Positions 1 to 9,833 of a stretch of 64,000 nucleotides of DNA are shown here, piece after piece; within the stretch, counting starts at the first letter, position 1; every line of letters begins with the position of its first letter. The translations under genes and the position numbers were made by a program. The notes below the pieces were generated by a model, which was given only the letters and a program-made list of their open reading frames with translations, searched no databases and was not told the origin of the DNA. The DNA lies in IMG/VR virus record IMGVR_UViG_3300005289_000016, positions 212,033 through 276,032 of that record; one strand, given 5' to 3'.

Positions 1-222
1 GAAGTCACCCTGGCTCGTGCCTCTACCTCCAACTTCGTGACTGAAGACCAGCACACCCAGTTGCTGGCAGCTCGTGAGTCGGCTAAGACCAACAACGAGA
101 CCCAGTCGGCTACCATCATTCGCTTGAGTGATGAACTGGCTCAGAAGAACGCACTGATTGCAGAGCAGGAACTGTTGATCCAGTCCTTGGCTGCACAGAT
201 CCCTTCTACCCCAGCACCATGA
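1..222 (+). CDS. C-terminal part of a hypothetical coiled-coil protein (5' end outside window)
   Basis: Frame 1 is open from base 1 to TGA at 220-222. Heptad-like LSDELAQKNALIAEQELLIQSL; followed by a hairpin. Confidence 0.6.
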   Translation, partial: EVTLARASTSNFVTEDQHTQLLAARESAKTNNETQSATIIRLSDELAQKNALIAEQELLIQSLAAQIPSTPAP

Positions 223-229
223 CACACGG

Positions 230-263
230 CATACAGGGCAGGCCACTTGGCCTGCCCTGTATG
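230..263. terminator. Bidirectional intrinsic terminator-like hairpin
   Basis: Perfect 15-bp stem catacagggcaggcc-actt-ggcctgccctgtatg between convergent genes. Confidence 0.75.
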
Positions 264-266
264 CTG

Positions 267-1850
267 CTATGCCGCCATTGCTTCGTTCATCTCTTCGATG
301 TCGTTCCAAGCCATCCCACCACCTTGGGAGTTTGGTCTGCCACCGATGATCTTGTAGCTCAGGTCCTCCTCCAGATGGTAGTCGTACATCACACCGTACA
401 TTGGGTTCGGGTTGAACTTGAGTACGAAGTACTTGTGCGCTTCTGGCGTAGGCTCCACCACACCCCGGTGTTTGCCCCACAGGTACTCGATGTACGCGCC
501 ATCGTTAACCACTTGCTTGTTGACGTAGAACTCCCAATCCACCTCGGTGTCCAGCTTCTTACACCCTTGGTAGTAACCACCGCCCGGCATGTCCCGAATG
601 AACTTGGTGGGGTTCATCCGCTTCTCTTCCTTGGCTTGGGTCGAGAGTTGGTGTGCCGTGACTTGCAAGATCTTCTCGGCAGACGTGTATTCACGTGTCC
701 GTTTGTACAGGTCTTGCAGGTCGTCGCCGGTAGCCCCTTGTACGCAACCGTCCTTGCTGAACATAGCGAGGTAGTCGACGTACGATGCGCAGACTTCAAA
801 GCCTTTGGCCTTGTACTGCTCCAGGTGCTTGATGTACTTGGCGTAGGTAAACGAGGAACCCTTGATCCGGTGGATCTCAACGAACCAACCACGAGCCTGT
901 AGCTTCTCGATGACGTAGGCGGTAGCTTCTGCTGGGTCGAGACCCTTGACAGAGACAGCCATGCCCAGTTCGAGTTGCTTGAGGATGACGTAGATCTTCT
1001 GAATGATGATCGGTACGTCGTCTTCTGTCGAGTAAAGAAGGCACAGAGGTTTCTTCTCAGGGTCGAACAGGAACGGATCGTTGAACAGACAGGTGCCAAG
1101 GAACAGGTCGAGCAAGGTGCCTGACTTGTTGTTGTGAGGCAAGGCGTTGACCAAACCAAACTCACCCCGGCGTCCACCACCTTGTACACCCATCATGCGG
1201 TTCAGCGCTTTGAAGGGGAACTTGATGATGCCGTCGATGCTAAGGGATTTGTTCATGTCCTCGAACGCGGCAGTTACCGACGTTGGGTCATTGAAGTTGA
1301 CGCTGGTAATGAATGCGGGGTCAATCCGCTCTTCTGTCTCCATGTCGACCGACAAGAGGTCTTGCGCAGTCTGTAGTACGAAGGTGTCCCAGTCTTCAAC
1401 CTCGGCTTCGTTGAACGACAGGGTGTAGGATGCTTTCTTGACAATCTCGTGCAGCTTCTCCCGGTTCTTATAGCGACGCATCTCCCGAGAAATATCGTTG
1501 ATGTGCTTACGTACAACCGACTCATCCGGGTACTTGCGGATGACTTTATCGAGTGCTTTATAAGTCACGTCATCGGACTGGAGATTCATCCGAATACGCT
1601 GCATCAGCATATCCGGCTCATATCTCTGTGAACCACCGCTGTTCAACATCTCCAGAACAGTGGAGCGCAAATTCGACAGGATGTTCCTCCCGTCGCCGAT
1701 GTCGCCGATGTTTTCGGGTAGCTTGATCTCGCTCAACATTGAACGGATCATTGATGCGTTACTCGAACTGTACCCCTCGATTTGACTCTCGAGGTACAAC
1801 AGGGTAACAGACTTGACTAGGAATAACTTGATGTCCATTCTTTGTCCCAA
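267..1850 (-). CDS. dnaB: DnaB-like replicative helicase (phiKZ gp118-like)
   Basis: 527 aa. RRGEFGLVNALPHNNKSG (Walker A region), YSTED, YVDYL, VTAHQLS and KLDTEVDW match SF4 helicase motifs. Lies next to the capsid gene, as in phiKZ-like phages. Confidence 0.85.
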   Translation of the reverse strand: MGQRMDIKLFLVKSVTLLYLESQIEGYSSSNASMIRSMLSEIKLPENIGDIGDGRNILSNLRSTVLEMLNSGGSQRYEPDMLMQRIRMNLQSDDVTYKALDKVIRKYPDESVVRKHINDISREMRRYKNREKLHEIVKKASYTLSFNEAEVEDWDTFVLQTAQDLLSVDMETEERIDPAFITSVNFNDPTSVTAAFEDMNKSLSIDGIIKFPFKALNRMMGVQGGGRRGEFGLVNALPHNNKSGTLLDLFLGTCLFNDPFLFDPEKKPLCLLYSTEDDVPIIIQKIYVILKQLELGMAVSVKGLDPAEATAYVIEKLQARGWFVEIHRIKGSSFTYAKYIKHLEQYKAKGFEVCASYVDYLAMFSKDGCVQGATGDDLQDLYKRTREYTSAEKILQVTAHQLSTQAKEEKRMNPTKFIRDMPGGGYYQGCKKLDTEVDWEFYVNKQVVNDGAYIEYLWGKHRGVVEPTPEAHKYFVLKFNPNPMYGVMYDYHLEEDLSYKIIGGRPNSQGGGMAWNDIEEMNEAMAA

Positions 1851-1864
1851 GAGGGTGAATACTG

Positions 1865-2410
1865 ATGTACAACATCAAACTGGTCATTGTGCCCGCATGG
1901 CTCGACCTCATTATGAAGGAGCTGGGCATCACGAACGATGATCTTGCAGACTGGGAGAAACTTTCAGGCATACTATCGCCGAGAGATCTTTTGATTTACA
2001 AGATGGTCAATTGGAACGCTGGTGAAGTGCTGGCGAAGCTGCCAGGCAGCAACCAGGAAGTGGCTAGCAGGCTCGTTGATGTGCTTGCCGTGGCCACTCC
2101 AGTGCCGACTCTGGAAGAACGTGCCTTCACTGCGAACCAGGAAATTGACACCTGGATCTACGGCGCTACCTGCACTCGTGACAAGGAGCAACAGCTCTAC
2201 GCTGAAGCTTACATGTCGGACAGTGAGGTATTGTGTGTAAGGCTGATTCCGTTCAGCCGTGCTTCTGACACTTTGAAGAATGAAGGCAAGACTCTCTCTG
2301 AGAAGATCGCCCACATTCTTTACAGCCGAGTTGGTTTGCAAGCGGCCGCACAGACCGGTGCTTTCAAACAGTATGTAAAGGAAATTCCTTTTAACTCGGT
2401 ATTGTATTGA
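1865..2410 (+). CDS. Conserved phiKZ-like protein upstream of the capsid gene (gp119-like, probable head protein)
   Basis: 181-aa ORF with upstream GAGGG; position between helicase and MCP. Confidence 0.55.
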   Translation: MYNIKLVIVPAWLDLIMKELGITNDDLADWEKLSGILSPRDLLIYKMVNWNAGEVLAKLPGSNQEVASRLVDVLAVATPVPTLEERAFTANQEIDTWIYGATCTRDKEQQLYAEAYMSDSEVLCVRLIPFSRASDTLKNEGKTLSEKIAHILYSRVGLQAAAQTGAFKQYVKEIPFNSVLY

Positions 2411-2535
2411 GACCCGTGCAGTAAAAAACTGCAATGGTATGCAAAACTTGCGAATGCGCTGAGCGATGATAAAGAGACCTCAGTATGCCTCGCAGTAAAT
2501 CGCAGCGCGCGCTGCATATTCCGCGGAGAAACACA

Positions 2536-4794
2536 ATGAGCGTAGTAGGTAAATCGGCTCGCACCAGTCAGCAAACGCTGAATGCGCAGGCCACAGCCAT
2601 TCAAGAGAAATTCAAGCAGGGCGGCATCGTTGGTAACAGCGCGATTGCCTCCATGGAATCCTTGACCACCCTGGACCACGAAAACCTGTTCGCCTCCATG
2701 GAATCGGCCGTGCTGTCCATCGGCGAAACCGTTTCGATGGAAGCGCTGGGCGACTTCGGCCTGAACGCCGCTGACCTGACCCGTGCTCAGAAAGACGCCA
2801 TGGGCGTGATCGCAATGGCCGCTCTCGAGCCAGGTGACTACGCTCGTCGCGCTCTGGGTGCCAGCGACATGTCGGCTCCGAAGACCGGTACCGTGGTTTC
2901 GGTTGAATCCATGGGCGACTTCGACTTCCAGGAGAAGGCCAACCCTTCGATGGAAGCGTTCGACAACTCGAACCTGACCGACTTCATCGGTCTGTCGATG
3001 GTTTACAACCAGAAAGCGGCCAAGCAGGGCGAGTTCGCTGAAGCGTTCTACCGCACTGTGATCCTGACTCCGGAACAAGGCGGCGCTGACGTCACCATCC
3101 GTAGCCACCTGGTTCTGAACCACTTCCTGCACAACACCCGCGGCGACCACGCCGATTTCAAACAGCGCCGTCTGCTCGAAGCTGCGATCAACTACAAGAT
3201 CCTGGCTGACCAGTCGACTACTCTGGTTCCTGAAATCCACGACGGCAACAAAGACCTCTTCGTCGCTGAAAGCGTCGTTGAGCCACGTTCCGTTGAACTG
3301 GGCAACCGTACCGTCACCACTTCCGCCCTGCTGATCGGCAAGCGCGTGAACCTGGTGGGCCTGGCTCAGAACAGCCTGGTGAAGATCGCTGGTCAAGCGA
3401 ACCAAACCGATGCTCTGGACCGCGCCGTTGGTCTGAAGACCCTGTACGTCCGTAAGGGCGATGCTGACGTTCTGGCATTCGACGTCGAAACCCTGCCTCG
3501 CGCTGCCTTCATCAAAGGCAACCAAGGCCTGGCTCGCGAACTCGAGCTGAACTTCCGTACCAGCTCCTTGCAGCTGAACGCGAACAGCGTCAACTACAAG
3601 GGCGAAGTGCTGACCAACCCGATCCTGAAGCAGATCGTCGACGGTGACTACCGTGTGACTCTGGCTGTTACCGTAACTGGTAACGTGGACACCGAGAAGG
3701 CCAACGCCACCGTCAACGCCGCACCGATCGTTGTCGACAAAATCGTCAACGCTGCTGGTGAAGTGCTGGCTCTGGACAAAGCGGGTCCTGGTAAGGACAT
3801 CGCCGACGCCCTGGCTGACCTGGTCATCATCGGTTGGGAACCGAACGCTCGCCTGTCCAACGCCAACCGTCGTCTGCGCGGTCTGCAACTGAACAGCTCC
3901 GAGTACACCGAGCGTTACCCAGTAATGCTGGGCAGCCCGTTCTCGATCCCGAGCCCGCTGCAAGAAGCTCGTGGCATGGCCGACATCGACCTGCTGGTTA
4001 CCGCTGCGCGTCTGCGTAACGACAACATGGCGATCACCACCCTGCTGCGCTTCACCGACGGCCTGAGCCGCTGGAAGTTCCTGACCGACGCCATCAACTC
4101 TGACGACCTGCTCCCAGAAGTTGAAGGTATCGCTCGCTTCCTGGTCAAGCCATGGTACCGTGAGCGCGACCTCGACCTGCGCAAGCTGGTTGTGTCCCTG
4201 CGTTCGTACGACCGCGTTCAAGACGTTCAGGCTGCTCTGGCCAACGTTCTGCGTAGCGACATCCAGGACTGCATCCTGGAATCCAACTACAAGACCGCGC
4301 TCGATGCGTACACCGGCTACACCGGTGAGAAGGTCCACGTTCTGATCGGTTCCGATCCGAAGACTGCCTCGTACATCATCACCACCGGCGACAGCCGTAC
4401 TCTGGGTGACGACATCACCTTCGAGAAGGTGTCGGCAGTTGACCAGCGTATCCGCAAGCAGATCTTCTGGACCTTCAAGCGTCAAACCGAAGGCCTGGAC
4501 CCTCTGAACTGCGGTACTCACTTCTGGATTCCAGAGCTGATCTCCCACGTGAACGTATCGCGTGACGAGACCCAGATCCGCGAAGCCATGGTTCAGCCGC
4601 GTAACCGTCACGTTAACCACCTGCCGATCTTCGGCAAGATCAACGTGATCGGCCTGGACGAAGTACTGTCGGAGGGCTGGCACATCCCAGTTGCCACATT
4701 TCCAGTTACCGGTGACGACACCACCGGTGGAGAAGGTGGCACTGACCAGCCTGTTGCCCCAGGTGATACCGGCAATGGCACCACCCAGCCTTAA
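2536..4794 (+). CDS. Major capsid protein precursor (phiKZ gp120-like)
   Basis: SD GGAGA precedes ATG 2536 (752 aa). Very strong codon bias. The N-terminal propeptide has repeated S-x-E protease sites (ASMES x2, VSMEA, VSVES, PSMEAF); C-terminal QPRNRHVNHLP. Confidence 0.9.
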   Translation: MSVVGKSARTSQQTLNAQATAIQEKFKQGGIVGNSAIASMESLTTLDHENLFASMESAVLSIGETVSMEALGDFGLNAADLTRAQKDAMGVIAMAALEPGDYARRALGASDMSAPKTGTVVSVESMGDFDFQEKANPSMEAFDNSNLTDFIGLSMVYNQKAAKQGEFAEAFYRTVILTPEQGGADVTIRSHLVLNHFLHNTRGDHADFKQRRLLEAAINYKILADQSTTLVPEIHDGNKDLFVAESVVEPRSVELGNRTVTTSALLIGKRVNLVGLAQNSLVKIAGQANQTDALDRAVGLKTLYVRKGDADVLAFDVETLPRAAFIKGNQGLARELELNFRTSSLQLNANSVNYKGEVLTNPILKQIVDGDYRVTLAVTVTGNVDTEKANATVNAAPIVVDKIVNAAGEVLALDKAGPGKDIADALADLVIIGWEPNARLSNANRRLRGLQLNSSEYTERYPVMLGSPFSIPSPLQEARGMADIDLLVTAARLRNDNMAITTLLRFTDGLSRWKFLTDAINSDDLLPEVEGIARFLVKPWYRERDLDLRKLVVSLRSYDRVQDVQAALANVLRSDIQDCILESNYKTALDAYTGYTGEKVHVLIGSDPKTASYIITTGDSRTLGDDITFEKVSAVDQRIRKQIFWTFKRQTEGLDPLNCGTHFWIPELISHVNVSRDETQIREAMVQPRNRHVNHLPIFGKINVIGLDEVLSEGWHIPVATFPVTGDDTTGGEGGTDQPVAPGDTGNGTTQP

Positions 4795-4846
4795 CCCGTA
4801 AGGGCCAAAGGTAAAGTGGCGTCAGCGCTAGTCGCTGAGCGTTAAA

Positions 4847-4878
4847 CATAAAGGCGGGGCTTCGGCTCCGCCTTTATG
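4847..4878. terminator. Intrinsic terminator after MCP
   Basis: cataaaggcggggc-TTCG-gctccgcctttatg. Confidence 0.85.
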
Positions 4879-4922
4879 CTGTATGTCTGGATGCTGGCTC
4901 GGTGCTATCACGTTGAAGCTGT

Positions 4923-4943
4923 TTTCAGCAATACATTATTTAC
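4923..4943 (+). promoter_or_regulatory. Putative phage (early-type) promoter motif, copy 1
   Basis: TTTCAGCAATACATTAT is identical to 58325-58341 and nearly identical to 24379-24393; intergenic, upstream of a + strand gene. Confidence 0.6.
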
Positions 4944-5001
4944 GTGAGCAAACACGGGTAATAAAATACACGTGTAAATTTTTAATAAAGAGCCAACCTA
5001 T

Positions 5002-6132
5002 ATGGACGAGTTCTCACGTATCGACAGTGCGTATCAGCCGAAGCGTATAGACACCCAGAGACATCACCTAGCTAAGACGGCGCTGCCGTTTCAACATAAG
5101 GCAGCCAGTCGCATTCGGTTGGCAAGTCGTCAGCATGAGAACGGTATCAAAGGTTCACCGATGGTTACGGTGTCGTACTTCAATTACATGGAGCGCGACA
5201 TTATAGTGACCAGTCGGGATGGCTCCAGTGTTGTGGTGCCTCCTGTCGGGAACTTCTCGGCCGATGAGTTCATTGTCTGCGTGACTCACACCATGCCCAA
5301 GGAGTCGATGGAACGGGCACTGGACATTTTAAAGAATCGTGCCAATCCTGATGAGCGAGAATGTCAGTATTGGATTCGTGCCTACGAGGCAGCGCTGTAC
5401 AACAACAAGTCTCATCATGTTGTTGCTGCAAGCGTGGAATACATCATTTACTTCCGGGATATTCAGGACGCCGGTGGGCGTTGCTATATGCCGGATGTCG
5501 ATCTTCTGGTGGAGTGGTTGGCAGAGCACGGGGCTGTGCATCCGTTTGACAAGATCAAGCGCGATGAGGCCACGCTGCAATCCATTGCACCGGGTGTCGG
5601 TGAGGCAACCTTCGTCTTCATGATCAAGGCTGTCGACAACGCACAAAGCGTTCAGCGGGCTACCCGTTACATTAACCTAGGTGGCGATGTCTTTATGATC
5701 CCGATCGAACGGGACCTGAAGTATCAGACTGGCATTCACATCGTCAGTCGGTCACCGATCAAGAATGGTGAAGCGGTGTCCGATGTTGTTCATCGGTCAT
5801 TCACTTTCGAGGAGGCGGACGAGAAACTGAGTCTTCACCGGACCATTGAGGATGCCCACACGGGCGGTCCACTCAATGACATGGCCAAGACAATCATTGA
5901 AAGAGAAACGACCGTTAAGAAAGTCGAAGAAGTAAAGTTACGCAGTGAGCAGCTCGGGGCTGATGCCGAACTCCAGCGCCTGCGTAATGAGGGGGCACTG
6001 ACGAAGGCTCAGCAAGATAAAGATGCCGCAATGCGGCGCAACTATGTCGAGTGGGCCAAGACAACAGTCGCTCTCCTAGGGGCGGCAATAACCATTTATG
6101 GGATATTGTCTAAGCTTAAATCCGATAAGTGA
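5002..6132 (+). CDS. Conserved hypothetical protein with coiled coil and C-terminal hydrophobic helix
   Basis: 376-aa ORF (alternative start 5161). Ends TTVALLGAAITIYGILSKLKSDK; directly upstream of the nvRNAP subunit. Confidence 0.65.
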   Translation: MDEFSRIDSAYQPKRIDTQRHHLAKTALPFQHKAASRIRLASRQHENGIKGSPMVTVSYFNYMERDIIVTSRDGSSVVVPPVGNFSADEFIVCVTHTMPKESMERALDILKNRANPDERECQYWIRAYEAALYNNKSHHVVAASVEYIIYFRDIQDAGGRCYMPDVDLLVEWLAEHGAVHPFDKIKRDEATLQSIAPGVGEATFVFMIKAVDNAQSVQRATRYINLGGDVFMIPIERDLKYQTGIHIVSRSPIKNGEAVSDVVHRSFTFEEADEKLSLHRTIEDAHTGGPLNDMAKTIIERETTVKKVEEVKLRSEQLGADAELQRLRNEGALTKAQQDKDAAMRRNYVEWAKTTVALLGAAITIYGILSKLKSDK

Positions 6133-6142
6133 AGGCGTTCCA

Positions 6143-7795
6143 ATGGACGACAGACTATTCGAATTCTCACACCGCAAGCGTGCACCTGAATTCAATCAGG
6201 ACGTGGTGAAAGGGATTGCCTGCAAGGATGTGCCCGGTGCTCAGCGGTACGTCGATAGCATCATCCGGTGCGGGGAGAAGCAGTATCCCGAGGGGTTCGT
6301 ATATGAGGGCAGTGAGCGCTGTAATCCACTGGAGGAGTACAACGTAATTACCCGCGCACGAGCTGGTAACAACCGGATCTACGATATTGCTCGCAGTTCA
6401 GTGTTTCTGGTGAAGTACAAGTTTTCGTTGCACGGGAAAGACTTGCACCCAATGTACATGTACCTGCCTTTCGTGCATCAGGCAGGCATGCTCTACATCT
6501 CCGGTAAGCAGTTTGCAATTGCTCCGGTGATGGGGGATAGAGCATTTGAGATCGACGAGAACAGTGTGTTCATCCGGATTCCTCGGGCGCCGATCAGCTT
6601 TAACCGTGAAAGCCACACGATCATGATTGATGGTGTTCGTGAAAAGGCTGACGTGGTCTACTCGCAACTGCACAACAAGGGTGGCAAGAAGTCGCGGAAC
6701 CGCAGTGACCTGATTCGTTTGGGCCATGTGCAAAGTTCGCTGCCTCACTACCTGTTCTGCAAGTACGGGATGTACGGGGCGTTCGAGAAGTACACGGGCA
6801 CCCGTCCAATCATCATGAAGAAGGAAGACTACGACGCCGAGAAGTTCCCTTCGGAGCACTGGGTCGTTGTGTCCTCTCACGGCGCGCCACCCGATGGGAT
6901 CAACCCTCGGCGTAAAGGCAGCTACGCCCTCCATGCTACCCAGCTCATCATGCTGGTAGACCGTGGGGCGTGGACCGACATGACCAAGTCGTTCGCTGCG
7001 GGCTTCTTCTATGTAATCGATCACTTCCCTGAGTTCGTAACTGAACCTGCCGAGCTCGATGAGACTTGGTGGTGGTGCGTCTTCATGGCGTTCATCCAGT
7101 GGGGTGAAGGTAACAACTACGGTCGTCTGGTAGAGGATGTCGAAACTCACCTCAAGTCTCTCGACAGCTATGTCGACCAAGAGACGGTCAAGACCTTGCA
7201 AGAGGTCCAGGTGAACTGTAAGGATCTGTACGATCTGATGGCGTACATCATGCGCGAGATGCGCTCGATGCTGGAGAACAACCGGGGCAAAGAAGCCAGC
7301 TTGTACAACAAGCGTCTGGAAGTTCTGCGTTATCTGCTTCGTAACATCAATAACAGCATGTTCGAGTTCTTGTTCAAGATCACCGGCAACAGCAAGAAGG
7401 TCCTTCAGCCGAAAGAGTACGAGGACATTCTGCGGAAGTATTTCAACCCTTGGCTGATTCATGGCATCAGCTCAGCAGCTGAGCATCCAGAAGTCAGTTC
7501 GGTATCCAATCCGAGCGACAATATGTTCTTCAAGGTCACCTCGGTGATCGTCCAGCAGACCGATACACACGGTCGTGGGAAGTCCCAGGATGCCAAGCCG
7601 ATTGGCCCCACCATGTACTTGGACTCTTCCTTTGCCGAAGTAACTGGCTTTGGTGTGTTGCCCAAGTCGACACCGATTGGCAACAACCGGTTCAACCCAT
7701 GTGTGAAGCTTGACCCGGAGACACGCACCACCGTGCCAAGTCCCGAGCACCAACCAGTCCTAGACGGTGTACAACGTCTTATTCAACGCGTTTAA
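6143..7795 (+). CDS. Non-virion RNA polymerase beta-subunit N-terminal fragment (phiKZ gp123-like)
   Basis: About 550 aa with YLPFV, FAIAPVMGD and C-terminal LDSSFAEVTGFGVLPKSTPIGNNRFNP, as recalled for the split nvRNAP subunit; synteny with MCP. Confidence 0.8.
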   Translation: MDDRLFEFSHRKRAPEFNQDVVKGIACKDVPGAQRYVDSIIRCGEKQYPEGFVYEGSERCNPLEEYNVITRARAGNNRIYDIARSSVFLVKYKFSLHGKDLHPMYMYLPFVHQAGMLYISGKQFAIAPVMGDRAFEIDENSVFIRIPRAPISFNRESHTIMIDGVREKADVVYSQLHNKGGKKSRNRSDLIRLGHVQSSLPHYLFCKYGMYGAFEKYTGTRPIIMKKEDYDAEKFPSEHWVVVSSHGAPPDGINPRRKGSYALHATQLIMLVDRGAWTDMTKSFAAGFFYVIDHFPEFVTEPAELDETWWWCVFMAFIQWGEGNNYGRLVEDVETHLKSLDSYVDQETVKTLQEVQVNCKDLYDLMAYIMREMRSMLENNRGKEASLYNKRLEVLRYLLRNINNSMFEFLFKITGNSKKVLQPKEYEDILRKYFNPWLIHGISSAAEHPEVSSVSNPSDNMFFKVTSVIVQQTDTHGRGKSQDAKPIGPTMYLDSSFAEVTGFGVLPKSTPIGNNRFNPCVKLDPETRTTVPSPEHQPVLDGVQRLIQRV

Positions 7796-7813
7796 TATCC
7801 AGCTGGAGTCATC

Positions 7814-9745
7814 ATGAGTAACGATTTCGTCAACTTCATCTACGATCGTACGGTCGATTACATCGAGAACCGTGCGCCGGACAATGAACTGCGTGAAGCC
7901 TACGCAAACTACATGTCCAAGGGCAACTGGAACAACAACGAAATGGCCAACGTCGTGGAGGTGATCGCGGTCATCGCCGAGGACGAGCTGCGTAGTTGCC
8001 GTTCCACCCGTGAGGAAGAAGCGTGCATCCGTGATGTCGTCATGACCTGCGTCGATGCCAACTGCGGTTCCTTCGGTCTGTCTGATCGCCAACTGGCGAA
8101 TGCTGTTCCCGATGAAGTCTACACCGAAATGAAGCGTGCAGATGCCAAGTGGAACGACATTCTCAATCGTCTGTCGGGCAATACCCGTGGTGGTGGCCGT
8201 AACGAGCGCTCTACTTCCCGTAGTTGGGGCGGTGGTAGTGCTGGTGCAAGCCGCAGTGTGTTTGATCGCGGTAACCAGTACGGCGAACGCCGTAGTGCGT
8301 TTGACCGCAGCGAGCCTCGTGAGGAGCGCGCAAGCAACAGCGTGTTCGCAGGCCGTGATGTAGGTGGTCGTAGTCCGGTATTCGATCGTCATCAGGATGA
8401 GCGAGACCGTGCTCAAGCTTCTCCACCACGTTCTGCCTTTGCCCACACCCGTGAGCGCCCACCAGCGCCAGAGCCGGTTCGTCGTGAAGAGCCAGCCCGT
8501 CAACCTGAGCCGGTACGCGAAGCACCGACCCAGGAAGGTCCGGACATGAATCTGGAACGTCCGTACGACGACTTCTGGATGAAGGGCGAGAACTGGCAGA
8601 TCGCTCACCGCTCCAAGTTCGTATGGAGCTGGTCGCCGAAACAACAAACCCGCCGTGCGTACGATCCTGATCAAGAAGTCCGCTTCCTGGTCAAGGGCGT
8701 CGACGGTCAAATCCGAGAGGAGTTCATCGCAATGACCGACGATCTGGTCGAAGAAGCACACGCCATCCGGGCACACCAACGTCCGAACCGGACCCGTACC
8801 ACCACCGAACGCGTAGAAGGCGACGACTTGTTCGAAGGTAAGGATCTGGACGTTGTGGATCTGGACGCGCTGCAAGTAACCAAGCATTACGCTGCCAAAG
8901 AACTGCTGCAAGAGCTGGACATCACCAGCCCGTACATCTCCGAGCAAGCGATCTCCGTCGCAACCCTCGAAGAAGCCGCAGTCCGTGTAGCAGGCGACGC
9001 GACCAAGAACGAAGGTGACGTCACTGCCACCAACAACATCATGTCCGTCCAGTTGGCTGGCGATGCACTGAGCATCAAGGCGCTGGAATCGATCAAGGCC
9101 ATCGGCGTGAACGAAGGCGATCTGCTGCAATTGCAGAAACGTCTGAAGTCGCTGCGCGGCACTCTGGCCGAAAACGTGATGAACTACCTGGACAAGCATT
9201 TCACCCAGGAAGTGAACTCCGCACTGGGTGACCAGTTCGGTCTGGCCAAGCCACGCATCGAAAGCTTCGTCGAGGACTTCGAAGACCTGCTGAACTGCAA
9301 CACGTTCAAGAAGCAAGGTCAGGCGTACGCCAGCCAGTTCCTCAGCCGTACCCGTATCCTCCTGGCTTCCATGCAGTACCTCACCGAGGACGACCTGCGT
9401 GAAGAGTTCCTCGAGTGCACGGATCTGCTGCAACCTGGCGAAAACGATCCTGAGGCCTACACCGAGTTCCGCAAGAACATGGTGGTGCTGTTCAAACCGG
9501 TAGCGATGGTTCACATCAAGCTGCTGGCTGAGCAATTGGGCTACATCGACAATGAAGTACGTGTACCTCGCCGCACTGGCGAAGGCGCTGATCCAACCAT
9601 GGTCGACATCCTGAACGGACTCTACGCCATCGGGCGTAAGACTGCCGGTGCAGGTCGTGTGTACGTGGTGTCTGCGGACAACCTCGTCTTCGAACTGGTG
9701 CCGATCAGTGGCGCACGTGACATCATCGGTATCCGTACCGTTTGA
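7814..9745 (+). CDS. Conserved hypothetical protein with central R/S/G/P/E-rich disordered region
   Basis: 643 aa, SD GGAG, strong codon bias. Confidence 0.75.
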   Translation: MSNDFVNFIYDRTVDYIENRAPDNELREAYANYMSKGNWNNNEMANVVEVIAVIAEDELRSCRSTREEEACIRDVVMTCVDANCGSFGLSDRQLANAVPDEVYTEMKRADAKWNDILNRLSGNTRGGGRNERSTSRSWGGGSAGASRSVFDRGNQYGERRSAFDRSEPREERASNSVFAGRDVGGRSPVFDRHQDERDRAQASPPRSAFAHTRERPPAPEPVRREEPARQPEPVREAPTQEGPDMNLERPYDDFWMKGENWQIAHRSKFVWSWSPKQQTRRAYDPDQEVRFLVKGVDGQIREEFIAMTDDLVEEAHAIRAHQRPNRTRTTTERVEGDDLFEGKDLDVVDLDALQVTKHYAAKELLQELDITSPYISEQAISVATLEEAAVRVAGDATKNEGDVTATNNIMSVQLAGDALSIKALESIKAIGVNEGDLLQLQKRLKSLRGTLAENVMNYLDKHFTQEVNSALGDQFGLAKPRIESFVEDFEDLLNCNTFKKQGQAYASQFLSRTRILLASMQYLTEDDLREEFLECTDLLQPGENDPEAYTEFRKNMVVLFKPVAMVHIKLLAEQLGYIDNEVRVPRRTGEGADPTMVDILNGLYAIGRKTAGAGRVYVVSADNLVFELVPISGARDIIGIRTV

Positions 9746-9761
9746 TGAGCGTTAGGTAGAT

Positions 9762-9789
9762 GGGGGCCTCCGGGCCCTCATTTATTATG
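9762..9789 (+). terminator. Intrinsic terminator
   Basis: gggggcc-tccg-ggccctc followed by atttatt. Confidence 0.6.
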
Positions 9790-9833
9790 ACTCTCTTCAT
9801 TTTTTCTTTTGCTCAAATGCAAGGATACGGATC

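Noticed and set aside
2320-4683. 787-aa antisense ORF over the capsid gene, and similar long antisense ORFs (7760-9535, 17619-19415, 40301-42043, 42294-44609, 54408-55199 upstream part of the UvsX ORF, 60834-62084)
   Set aside because: Shadow ORFs caused by strong C/G-ending codon bias of the real genes; no SD, no motifs, typical V/G/Q/D-rich shadow composition.
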